This document shows positions 37,050-48,400 of a DNA stretch of 64,000 bases, one piece after another; the stretch's first letter is position 1; each line of letters begins with the position of its first letter. This stretch comes from Heterodontus francisci (Eukaryota). Location: the NCBI RefSeq assembly GCF_036365525.1, contig NC_090399.1, positions 58,126,430-58,190,429 of the forward strand. Direction: 5' to 3'. A program made the position numbers and the translations under genes. A model generated the notes under the pieces. It was not told where the DNA came from. It worked only from the letters and a program-made list of their open reading frames with translations, and made no database searches.

Positions 37050-38100
37050 TGAGGAGGGCTCTCCTTCTCTATTGGGATTCTCTGTTGGCCATGCCTCCTT
37101 CTGTTGATCTTGACTTTAGGATAATGGGAGGCCCTCAGCTTGCTGCAGCCACTCTCTCAGTAATCTTCTCCATGTTCAGCAGAGTTTCTAATCGCTCAAT
37201 CTGTTGTCCAAAGCAGTGAATGTGATCACTTTCTCCTCCATCTCCTCCCTCGGGAGCTCGTCCAAAGTGTGGACCCCCTTTCTCTCCCAGATCTCCAATT
37301 CCTGTCCACATGACCTGGTTTATCACAGTACGAGTAGTTCAGACTGTGTGTGGCTCGCTTGTGGACTGGCTCAGTCCCAGTCTCTGTCCCTAGTGGGACA
37401 AGGCTCGTCCACAGCTGAGACTTGCCTTTTCTGAGTCTCCGCTGCTCAAACTCACTCACCTGCTGGATGATCCCAACCTGGTGTCACCTCTTATATAGCT
37501 TGTTCCCAGTCCAATCCTGTGTGGACCGACACTCCCACCTTCTCCTTTAGAATGAGAGATAATCAAACAAGGAATAAGGATTTAAATCTGGGGTCTGTCA
37601 TGGCTGGTGCTCACTTCCCTTCTCCTCCTGTCACCCCTACTCCCAAGATATAAATGTTAAAGATGCTCTAGAATGTTTCAGGGCTCCTTGTCTTACTCCA
37701 CCCGCCTGTGCTAATAGTTAGGCAGGGTCCATCCCTAAGATAGTCAGTATTGCCCTTGTCAGCAGGAACATCTCAATCGGTTGCATCTTCCAGCCCCTCC
37801 TGGACCATTCGCCGTTCCACCACACTTCTACATGTCTACTTTAAACCTGAGCAAACACGAGTTCCTGTTGACACTATTTGTGGTTTCCTGTATCTGGGGT
37901 TGACTTGGTCTGTGGTGCAGCCTTTAATGTTGCCTGTGTATCCTTTAGGTTACTTTTACAGCTACCTTCTCCCTTAACCCATTGTTTATCTTACAGTTTC
38001 CAATATCCCCTCCACACTGATTTGCCATCCTGCTTATTGACATTGGAGTGTCACTGGTCTTCCTTGGAGGTAGACTCACTCTGCAAACCTTTCCCTTTTT
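37050..38100 (-). pseudogene. gag remnant with degenerate zinc knuckle
   Basis: NYSYCDKPGHVDRNWR (decayed CCHC) in ORF 37226-37459, on the same strand as and upstream of the protease remnant. The right boundary is uncertain. Confidence 0.5.
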
Positions 38101-38134
38101 CAATTCACAGCTCCTGGTTTCTAAATCTTTTTCG

Positions 38135-38193
38135 CCCAGAGACTACTGTAGTTTTATTCTGATTGGACACAAATATGCCAACGAACCAATCAG
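38135..38193 (+). promoter_or_regulatory. Putative MHC class I proximal promoter (X-like box, Y box, CCAAT)
   Basis: CCCAGAGACTACTG (38135-38148, X-box-like), CTGATTGG (38159-38166, canonical Y box) and CCAATCAG (38186-38193), 250-300 bp upstream of the leader ATG. The X-Y spacing is shorter than in mammals. Confidence 0.45.
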
Positions 38194-38250
38194 TATGCAG
38201 CAGTCTGAATAACCAACAACATCTTCTGATTTAATGCAATCAGCACTGGG

Positions 38251-38370
38251 CACAGCTCACAGACCCAGAACACGGGGCAGAGGAATCACACAGTCTGAAC
38301 TGGACACAGCTCACAGACCCAGAACACGGGGCAGAGGAATCACACAGTCTGAACTGGACACAGCTCACAG
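38251..38370. repeat. 54-bp exact tandem duplication upstream of the MHC start codon
   Basis: 38251-38304 equals 38305-38358, plus a partial third copy. Confidence 0.9.
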
Positions 38371-38440
38371 AGCCCGAGACAGTATTTGGGAAAAGGATTC
38401 CCCACAAACTGTTCATCCCAGACTGTTGAGGGAAGCAACA

Positions 38441-38489
38441 ATGATTGGAGTGATAGAACTGGTCCTCCTGTGTGGAGGAGTCTCTGCAG
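38441..38489 (+). CDS. UAA: MHC class I heavy chain (UAA-like), exon 1, signal peptide
   Basis: ATG at 38441 in gcaacaATGa context encodes MIGVIELVLLCGGVSA, followed by a phase-1 donor G|GTGAGT. The LLCGGVSA ending resembles shark UAA leaders as recalled, and the phase matches the alpha1 exon. Confidence 0.85.
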
Positions 38490-38689
38490 GTGAGTAATGG
38501 GGACTGAGAGGGTCTCAGTGCCAGGCTGGGTACTGGGGCATTAACCCTTGGTCAGTGAGTAATGGGCTCTGAGAGGGTTTCAGTGCTAGACTGGGCACTG
38601 GGACTGGAGAATGGAGAGAGACTTTAGGGGGAGTGAGGGACATGGGACTGCAGAATGGAGATAGAGAGAGAGAACGATAGCAACAGCAT

Positions 38690-39378
38690 TTGTATTTGAT
38701 CATAATTGATTTGTACCTCAACTTCATTTACCATTTCCACCTCTGTAATATCACCCTCTCTCAGCTCTTCTGCTGCTGAAACCTCATCCATGTCTTTGTT
38801 ACTTTCAGACGTCACTATTCTAACACACTCCTGACTTGCCTCTCACATTCTACCCTCTGTAACCTTGCGGTCATCCAAAACCTTGCTGCCCATTTCCTAA
38901 CTTGCACCAAATCCCATTCACCCATCACCCCTGTGCTCACTGACCTACACTCGCACCCAGTTAAACAAATATCAATTTGAAAATTCTCATCCATATTTTC
39001 AAATCCCTCCATGGCCTCGTCCCTTCCAACCTCTGTAACACCCTCCGGTTCCACAACCCTCTGAGATATCTGTACTGCTCTAATTCTGGCCTCTGGAACA
39101 TCCCTGATTTTAAACGTTCCACCATTGGTGCCCTTACCTTTGATTGACAAGGCCTCAGGCTCTGGAATTCCCTCCCTACACCTCTCCACCTCTCTCACTC
39201 ACTTTCCTCCTTTAAGACACACCTGAAAACCTACCTCTTTAACCAAGCTTTTGATCCGCTGTTCTAATATCTCCTTATGTGGCCCTCTGTCATATTTTGT
39301 TTTGTAATGCCCCTGTGAAGCACTTTGGGATATTGTGTAATGTCACAGGCACTATATAAATACAAGTTCTTGTTGTTT
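38690..39378 (+). mobile_element. L2 LINE 3' fragment (intron 1)
   Basis: ETLIHAFVTSRLDYSN-like, IQN..A and PITPVLTDLH segments, LWNSLP, FKTHLKTYLF, and a tail gtgaagcactttggg...ctatataaatacaagttcttgttgtt. Confidence 0.85.
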
Positions 39379-39379
39379 C

Positions 39380-39845
39380 CCAGCTTTGCTCCATTATCCC
39401 TTGATACCCTTAGTGAACAAATATCTCTCATTTTGAAAACTCCAATTGATCCCCAGCATCCAGAGCCTTTTGATCGAGCGATTTCCAAATTTCCACTGGC
39501 CTTTGTGTGAAGAAGTCTTTCTTGACATCACCCCTGAACGGCATAGCTCCAATGTGAAGACTATATCCCCATATTCGTCATTCCCCCAATCAGGAAGTAG
39601 TTTTGCTGTATCTATTCTATCAAATTCTTGTAACATTTTAATCACTTCAATAATTCACCCTTTAATCTTCTAAACTCGAGAGAATATGAGCCAAATCTAA
39701 GCAATTTGTCCTGAACCCAAACAATCTGCCCTGTACCCACTCCAAGCCCAATAGATCATTCCAGAGGTGCAGTGTTCAGAACTAAACACAGCTCTCCAGA
39801 TGTGCTCTAGCCAAAGCTCTGTTCAGCTGGAGCATAAATCCACCC
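39380..39845 (-). mobile_element. CR1 LINE 3' fragment (intron 1)
   Basis: Reverse complement of decayed CR1 ORF2 end (FTQRPVEIWKSLDQKAL, similar to FTQRVVxxWNSLP). Confidence 0.65.
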
Positions 39846-39854
39846 CTATGGATA

Positions 39855-42250
39855 ACAGGGGCTCTGTATTGTGTTGTGTTGTGTTGTGTTGGGGTTTATT
39901 TACAGGCCCTCTGTGATGTGTACTGGTTTATTTACAGAGGCTCTGAGTTATATTGGGTTTTATTTACAGGATGCTCTGTTGTGTTGAGGTTTAGTTACAG
40001 GGACCATGTGTTGTGTTGGTGTTTATTTACAGGGGCTCTGTGTTGTGTTGGGGTTTATTTATAGGGGCTCTGTGTTGTGTTGGTGTTCATTTCCAGGGGC
40101 TCTGTGTTGTGTTGGTGTTTATTTATAGGGGCTCTGTGTTGTGTTGGTGTTCATTTCCAGGGGCTCTGTGTTGTGTTGGTGTTTATTTCCAGGGGCTCTG
40201 TGTTATGTTGGGGTTTATTTATAGGGGCTCTGTGTTGTGCTGGGGTTTATTTATAGGGGCTCTGTGTTGTGTTGGGGTTTATTTCCAGGGGCTCTGTGTT
40301 GTGTTGGTGTTTATTTCCTGGGGCTCTTTGTTATGTTGGTGTTTATTTACAGGGGCTCTGTGTTGTGTTGGGATTTATTTACAGAGGCTCTGTGTTGTGT
40401 TGGGGCTTATTTACAGGGGCTCTGTGTTGTGCTGGGGTTTATTTACAGGGGCTCTGTGTTGTGTTGGTGTTTATTTACAGAGGCTCTGTGTTGTGTTGGG
40501 GTTTATTTACAGGGGCTCTGTGTTGTGCTGGGGTTTATTTACAGGGGCTCTGTGTTGTGTTGGTGTTTATTTACAGGGGCTCCGTGTTGTGTTGTGTTTA
40601 TTTACAGGGGCTGTGTGTTGTGTTGTGTTTATTTACAGGGGCTCTGTGTTGTGTTGTGTTTATTTACAGGGGCTCTGTGTTGTGTTGTGTTTATTTATAG
40701 GGGCTCTGTGTTGTGTTGGGGTTTATTTCCAGGGGCTCTGTTTTGTGTTGGTGTTTATTTCCAGTGGCTCTGTTTTGTGTTGGTGTTTATTTACAGGGGC
40801 TCTGTGTTGTGTTGTGTTTATTTCCAGGGGCTCTGTGTTGTGCTGGGGTTTATTTATAGGGGCTCTGTGTTGTGTTGGGGTTTATTTATAGGGGCTCTGT
40901 GTTTTATTGGTGTTCATTTACAGGGGCTCTGTGTTGTGCTGGGGTTTATTTACAGGGGCTCTGTGTTGTGTTGGTGTTTATTTACAGGGGCTCTGTGTTG
41001 TGTTGTGTTTATTTACAGGGGCTCTGTGTTGTGTTGTGATAATTTACAGGGGCTCTGTGTTGTATTGGTGTTAATTTCCAGGGGCTCTGTGTTTTATTGG
41101 GGTTTATTTACAGGGGCTCTGTGTTGTGCTGGGGTTTATTTACAGGGGCTCTGTGTTGTGTTGGTGTTTATTTATAGGGGCTCTGTGTTGTGCTGGGGTT
41201 TATTTACAGGGGCTCTGTGTTGTGTTGGTGTTTATTTACAGGGGCTCTGTGTTGTGTTGTGTTTATTTACAGGGGCTCTGTGTTGTGTTGGGGTTTATTT
41301 CCAGGGGCTCTGTGTTGTATTGGTGTTAATTTCCAGGGGCTCTGTGTTATGTTGGGGTTTATTTATAGGGGCTCTGTGTTGTGCTGGGGTTTATTTATAA
41401 GGGCTCTGTGTTGTGTTGGGGTTTATTTCCAGGGGCTCTGTTTTGTGTTGGTGTTTATTTATAGGGGCTCTGTGTTTTATTGGGGTTTATTTCCAGGGGC
41501 TCTGTGTTGTGTTGGTGTTTATTTACAGGGGCTCTGTGTTGCATTGGTGTTAATTTCCAGGGGCTATGTGTTATGTTGGGGTTTATTTATAGGGGCTCTG
41601 TGTTGTGTTGGGGTATAATTACAGGGGCTCTGTGTAGTGCTGGGGTTTATTTATAGGGGCTCTGTGTTGTGTTGGGGTTTATTTCCAGGGGCTCTGTTTT
41701 GTGTTGGTGTTTATTTATAGGGGCTCTGTGTTTTATTGGGATTTATTTACAGGGGCTCTGTGTTGTGTTGGTGTTTATTTACAGGGGCTCTGTGTTGTAT
41801 TGATGTTAATTTCCAGGGGCTCTGTGTTATGTTGGGGTTTATTTATAGGGGCTCTGTGTTTTATTGGGGTTTATTTACAGGGGCTCTGTGTTGTGTTGGT
41901 GTTTATTTACAGGGGCTCTGTGTTGTGTTGGTGTTTATTTATAGGGGCTCTGTGTTGTGTTGGTGTTTATTTCCAGGGGCTCTGTGTTGTGTTGGTGTTT
42001 ATTTACAGGGGCTCTATGTTGTGTTGTGTGGGTGTTTATTTCCAGGGGCTCTGTGTTGTGTTGGGGTTTATTTACAGGGCCTCTATGTTGTGTTGTGTCG
42101 GTGTTTATTTCCAGGGGCTCTGTGTTGTGTTGGGGTTTATTTACAGGGGCTCTGTGTTGTGTTGGTGTTTATTTCCAGGGGCTCGGTGTTGTGTTGGGGT
42201 TTATTTACAGGGGCTCTGTGTTGTGTTGGTGTTTATTCATATGGGCTCTA
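39855..42250. repeat. 32-bp minisatellite, about 75 copies (intron 1)
   Basis: Unit ggggctctgtgttgtgttggggtttatttaca. Confidence 0.96.
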
Positions 42251-42419
42251 TTTTGTGTTGCTTGGATGCATCTTTGGGTTCATATACTGTCACTGTGGGT
42301 TTTGTGTTTGGGCTTCTTGCCCTGATGTCACTCTCTATATATGTATGGCATTGCTGTTTTAGGCTTTATGCTCTGATATCTGTGGGAGATGGGGTGTCTG
42401 TGTGTGCGCGCAGTTGAGG

Positions 42420-45400
42420 ATTTGGGGTTCATCTCCTGATGTCCCTCTGTCGCTCTCTGTGGCCTTGATGTTTTGGGGTTCATGCCCTGATGTCTCTCTC
42501 TCTCTCTCTCTCTCTCTGGGGTTGGTGTTTTGAGGTTCATGCCCTGATGTCTCTCTCTCTCTCTGTGGGGTTGATGTTTTGGGGTTCATGCCCTGATGTC
42601 TCTCTCTCTCTGGGGTTGATGTTTTGGGGTTCATGTCCTGATGTCTCTCTCTCTCTCTCTGTGGGGTTGATGTTTTGGGGTTCGTGCCCTGATGTCTCTC
42701 TCTCTCTCTGTGGGGTTGATGTTTTGGGGTTCATGCCCTGATGTCTCTCTCTCTCTCTCTCTCTGGGGTTGATGTTTTGGGGTTCATGCCCTGATGTCTC
42801 TCTGTCTCTGTGGGGTTGATGTTTTGGGGTTCATGCCCTGATGTGTCTCTCTCTCTCTCTGTGGGGTTGATGTTTTGGGGTTCATGCCCTGATGTCTCTC
42901 TCTCTCTCTGTGGGGTTGGTGTTATGGGGTTCATGCCCTGATGTCTCTCTCTCTCTCTCTGTGGGGTTGATGTTTTGGGGTTCATGCCCTGATGTCTCTC
43001 TCTGTGGGGTTGGTGTTTTGGGGTTCATGCCCTGATCTCTCTCTCTCTCTCTCTGTGGGGTTGGTGTTTTGGGGTTCATGCCCTGATCTCTCTCTCTCTC
43101 TCTCTGTGGGGTTGGTGATTTGGGGTTCATGCCCTGATGTCTCTCTCTCTCTCTGTGGGGTTGATGTTTTGGGGTTCATGCCCTGATCTCTCTCTCTCTC
43201 TCTGTGGGGTTGTTGTTTTGGGGTTCATGCCCTGATGTCTCTCTCTCTCTCTGTGGGGTTGATGTTTTGGGGTTCATGCCCTGATGTCTATCTCTCTCTG
43301 TGGGGTTGGTGTTTTGGGGTTCATGCCCTGATGTCTTTCTCTCTCTGTGGGGTTGATGTTTTGGGGTTCATGCCCTGATCTCTATCTCTCTCTCTCTGTG
43401 GGGTTGTTGTTTTGGGGTTCATGCCCTGATGTCTCTCTCTCTCTCTGGGGTTGGTGTTTTAGGGTTCATGCCCTGATGTCTCTCTCTCTCTCTGTGGGGT
43501 TGATGTTTTGGGGTTCATGCCCTGATGTCTCTCTCTCTCTCTCTGTGGGGTTGATGTTTTGGGGTTCATGCCCTGATGTCTATCTCTCTCTCTGGGGTTG
43601 GTGTTTTAGGGTTCATGCCCTGATGTCTCTCTCTCTCTCTGTGGGGTTGATGTTTTGGGGTTCATGCCCTGATGTCTATCTCTCTCTCTGGGGTTGGTGT
43701 TTTAGGGTTCATGCCCTGATCTCTCTCTCTCTCTCTCTGTGGGGTTGATGTTTTGGGGTTCATGCCCTGATGTCTATCTCTCTCTCTGGGGTTGGTGTTT
43801 TAGGGTTCATGCCCTGATCTCTCTCTCTCTCTCTCTGTGGGGTTGATGTTTTGGGGTTCATGCCCTGATGTCTATCTCTCTCTCTGGGGTTGGTGTTTTA
43901 GGGTTCATGCCCTGATGTCTCTCTCTCTCTGTGGGGTTGTTGTTTTGGGGTTCATGCCCTGATGTCTCTCTCTCTCTCTCTGGGGTTGGTGTTTTGGGGT
44001 TCATGCCCTGATGTCTCTCTCTCTCTCTCTCTGTGGGGTTGATGTTTTGGGGTTCATGCCCTGATGTCTATCTCTCTCTCTGGGGTTGGTGTTTTAGGGT
44101 TCATGCCCTGATGTCTCTCTCTCTCTGTGGGGTTGTTGTTTTGGGGTTCATGCCCTGATGTCTCTCTCTCTCTCTCTGGGGTTGGTGTTTTGGGGTTCAT
44201 GCCCTGATGTCTCTCTCTCACTCTGTGGGGTTGATGTTTTGGGGTTCATGCCCTGATGTCTCTCTCTCTCTGGGGTTGGTGTTTTGGGGTTCATGCCCTG
44301 ATGTCTCTCTCTCTCTCTGCGGGGTTTATGTTTTGGGGTTCATGCCCTGATGTCTCTCTCTCTCTCTGTGGGGTTGGTGTTTTGGGGTTCATGCCCTGAT
44401 GTCTCTCTCTCTGTGGGGTTGATGTTTTGGGGTTCATGCCCTGATCTCTCTCTCTCTCTCTCTGTGGGGTTGTTGTTTTGGGGTTCATGCCCTGATGTCT
44501 CTCTCTCTCTCTCTGTGGGGTTGATGTTTTGGGGTTCATGCCCTGATCTCTCTCTCTCTCTGTGGGGTTGTTGTTTTGGGGTTCATGCCCTGATGTCTCT
44601 CTCTCTCTCTGTGGGGTTGGTGTTTTAGGGTTCATGCCCTGATGTCTCTCTCTCTCTCTCTGTGGGGTTGATGTTTTGGGGTTCATGCCCTGATGTCTCT
44701 CTCTCTCTCTGTGGGGTTGATGTTTTGGGGTTCATGCCCTGATGTCTCTCTCTCTCTCTCTGTGGGGTTGATGTTTTGGGGTTCATGCCCTGATGTCTAT
44801 CTCTCTCTCTGGGGTTGGTGTTTTAGGGTTCATGCCCTGATGTCTCTCTCTCTCTCTGTGGGGTTGATGTTTTGGGGTTCATGCCCTGATGTCTCTCTCT
44901 CTCTCTCTGTGGGGTTGATGTTTTGGGGTTCGTGCCCTGATGTCTCTCTCTCTCTCTGTGGGGTTGATGTTTTGGGGTTCATGCCCTGATGTCTCTCTCT
45001 CTCTCTCTCTCTGGGGTTGATGTTTTGGGGTTCATGCCCTGATGTCTCTCTCTCTGTGGGGTTGATGTTTTGGGGTTCATGCCCTGATGTGTCTCTCTCT
45101 CTCTCTGTGGGGTTGATGTTTTGGGGTTCATGCCCTGATGTCTCTCTCTCTCTCTGTGGGGTTGGTGTTTTGGGGATCATGCCCTGATGTCTCTCTCTCT
45201 CTCTCTGTGGGGTTGATGTTTTGGGGTTCATGCCCTGATGTCTCTCTCTGTGGGGTTGGTGTTTTGGGGTTCATGCCCTGATCTCTCTCTCTCTCTGTGG
45301 GGTTGGTGATTTGGGGTTCATGCCCTGATGTCTCTCTCTCTTTCTGTGGGGTTGATGTTTTGGGGTTCATGCCCTGATGTCTCTCTCTCTCTCTGTGGGG

Positions 45401-48400
45401 TTGGTGTTTTGGGGTTCATGCCCTGATCTCTCTCTCTCTCTCTGGGGTTGTTATTTTGGGGTTCCTGCCCTGATGTCTCTCTCTCTCTCTGTGGGGTTGA
45501 TGTTTTGGGGTTCATGCCCTGATGTCTATCTCTCTCTCTGTGGGGTTGGTGTTTTGGGGTTCATGCCCTGATGTCTCTCTCTCTCTGTGGGGTTGATGTT
45601 TTGGGGTTCATGCCCTGATGTCTATCTCTCTCTCTGTGGGGTTGGTGTTTTGGGGTTCATGCCCTGATGTCTTTCTCTCTCTGTGGGGTTGATGTTTTGG
45701 GGTTCATGCCCTGATCTCTCTCTCTCTCTCTCTGTGGGGTTGTTGTTTTGGGGTTCATGCCCTGATGTCTCTCTCTCTCTCTGGGGTTGGTGTTTTAGGG
45801 TTCATGCCCTGATGTCTCTCTCTCTCTCTGTGGGGTTGATGTTTTGGGGTTCATGCCCTGATGTCTATCTCTCTCTCTGGGGTTGGTGTTTTAGGGTTCA
45901 TGCCCTGATGTCTCTCTCTCTCTCTGTGGGGTTGATGTTTTGGGGTTCATGCCCTGATGTCTCTCTCTCTCTCTCTGTGGGGTTGATGTTTTGGGGTTCA
46001 TGCCCTGATGTCTATCTCTCTCTCTGGGGTTGGTGTTTTAGGGTTCATGCCCTGATCTCTCTCTCTCTCTGTGGGGTTGATGTTTTGGGGTTCATGCCCT
46101 GATGTCTATCTCTCTCTCTGGGGTTGGTGTTTTAGGGTTCATGCCCTGATGTCTCTCTCTCTCTCTGTGGGGTTGTTGTTTTGGGGTTCATGCCCTGATG
46201 TCTCTCTTTCTCTCTCTGGGGTTGGTGTTTTAGGGTTCATGCCCTGATGTCTCTCTCTCTCTCTGTGGGGTTGATGTTTTGGGGTTCATGCCCTGATGTC
46301 TCTCTCTCTCTCTCTGGGGTTGGTGTTTTGGGGTTCATGCCCTGATGTCTCTCTCTCTCTCTCTGCGGGGTTGGTGTTTTGGGGTTCATGCCCTGATGTC
46401 TCTCTCTCTCTCTGTGGGGTTGATGTTTTGGGGTTCATGCCCTGATGTCTCTCTCTCTCTCTCTGGGGTTGGTGTTTTGGGGTTCATGCCCTGATGTCTC
46501 TCTCTCTCTCTGTGGGGTTGGTGTTTTGGGGTTCATGCCCTGATGTCTCTCTCTCTGTGGGGTTGATGTTTTGGGGTTCATGCCCTGATGTCTATCTCTC
46601 TCTCTGTGGGGTTGGTGTTTTGGGGTTCATGCCCTGATGTCTCTCTCTCTCTGTGGGGTTGATGTTTTGGGGTTCATGCCCTGATGTCTATCTCTCTCTC
46701 TGTGGGGTTGGTGTTTTGGGGTTCATGCCCTGATGTCTTTCTCTCTCTGTGGGGTTGATGTTTTGGGGTTCATGCCCTGATCTCTCTCTCTCTCTCTCTG
46801 TGGGGTTGTTGTTTTGGGGTTCATGCCCTGATGTCTCTCTCTCTCTCTGGGGTTGGTGTTTTAGGGTTCATGCCCTGATGTCTCTCTCTCTCTCTGTGGG
46901 GTTGATGTTTTGGGGTTCATGCCCTGATGTCTATCTCTCTCTCTGGGGTTGGTGTTTTAGGGTTCATGCCCTGATGTCTCTCTCTCTCTCTGTGGGGTTG
47001 ATGTTTTGGGGTTCATGCCCTGATGTCTCTCTCTCTCTCTCTGTGGGGTTGATGTTTTGGGGTTCATGCCCTGATGTCAATCTCTCTCTCTGGGGTTGGT
47101 GTTTTAGGGTTCATGCCCTGATCTCTCTCTCTCTCTCTCTGTGGGGTTGATGTTTTGGGGTTCATGCCCTGATGTCTATCTCTCTCTCTGGGGTTGGTGT
47201 TTTAGGGTTCATGCCCTGATGTCTCTCTCTCTCTCTGTGGGGTTGTTGTTTTGGGGTTCATGCCCTGATGTCTCTCTTTCTCTCTCTGGGGTTGGTGTTT
47301 TAGGGTTCATGCCCTGATGTCTCTCTCTCTCTCTGTGGGGTTGTTGTTTTGGGGTTCATGCCCTGATGTCTCTCTCTCTCTCTCTGGGGTTGGTGTTTTG
47401 GGGTTCATGCCCTGATGTCTCTCTCTCTCTCTCTGCGGGGTTGGTGTTTTGGGGTTCATGCCCTGATGTCTCTCTCTCTCTCTGTGGGGTTGATGTTTTG
47501 GGGTTCATGCCCTGATGTCTCTCTCTCTCTCTCTGGGGTTGGTGTTTTGGGGTTCATGCCCTGATGTCTCTCTCTCTCTCTGTGGGGTTGGTGTTTTGGG
47601 GTTCATGCCCTGATGTCTCTCTCTCTGTGGGGTTGATGTTTTGGGGTTCATGCCCTGATGTCTCTCTTTCTCTGTGGGGTTGGTATTTTGGGGTTCATGC
47701 CCTGATGTCTCTTTCTCTCTCTGTGGGGTTGGTGTTTTGGGGTTCATGCCCTGATGTCTCTCTCTCTGTGGGGTTGATGTTTTGGGGTTCATGCCCTGAT
47801 GTCTCTCTTTCTCTGTGGGGTTGGTGATTTGGGGTTCACGCCCTGATGTCTCTCTCTCTGTGGGGTTGATGTTTTGGGGTTCATGCCCTGATGTCTCTCT
47901 TTCTCTGTGGGGTTGGTATTTTGGGGTTCATGCCCTGATGTCTTTCTCTCTCTCTCTTTGTGGGGTTGGTGTTTCGGGGTTCATGCCCTGATGTCTCTCT
48001 CTCTCTGTGGGTTTGGTGATTTGGGGTTCATGCCCTGATGTCTTTCTCTCTCTGTGGGGTTAATGTTTTGGGGTTCATGCCCTGATGTCTTTCTCTCTCT
48101 GTGGGGTTGATGTTTTGGGGTTCATGCCCTGATCTCTCTCTCTCTCTCTCTCTGTGGGGTTGTTGTTTTGGGGTTCATGCCCTGATGTCTCTCTCTCTCT
48201 CTCTGGGGTTGGTGTTTTGGGGTTCATGCCCTGATGTCTTTCTCTCTCTGTGGGGTTGATGTTTTGGGGTTCATGCCCTGATCTCTCTCTCTCTCTCTCT
48301 CTGTGGGGTTGTTGTTTTGGGGTTCATGCCCTGATCTCTCTCTCTCTCTCTCTCTCTCTCTGTGGGGTTGTTGTTTTGGGGTTCATGCCCTGATGTCTCT

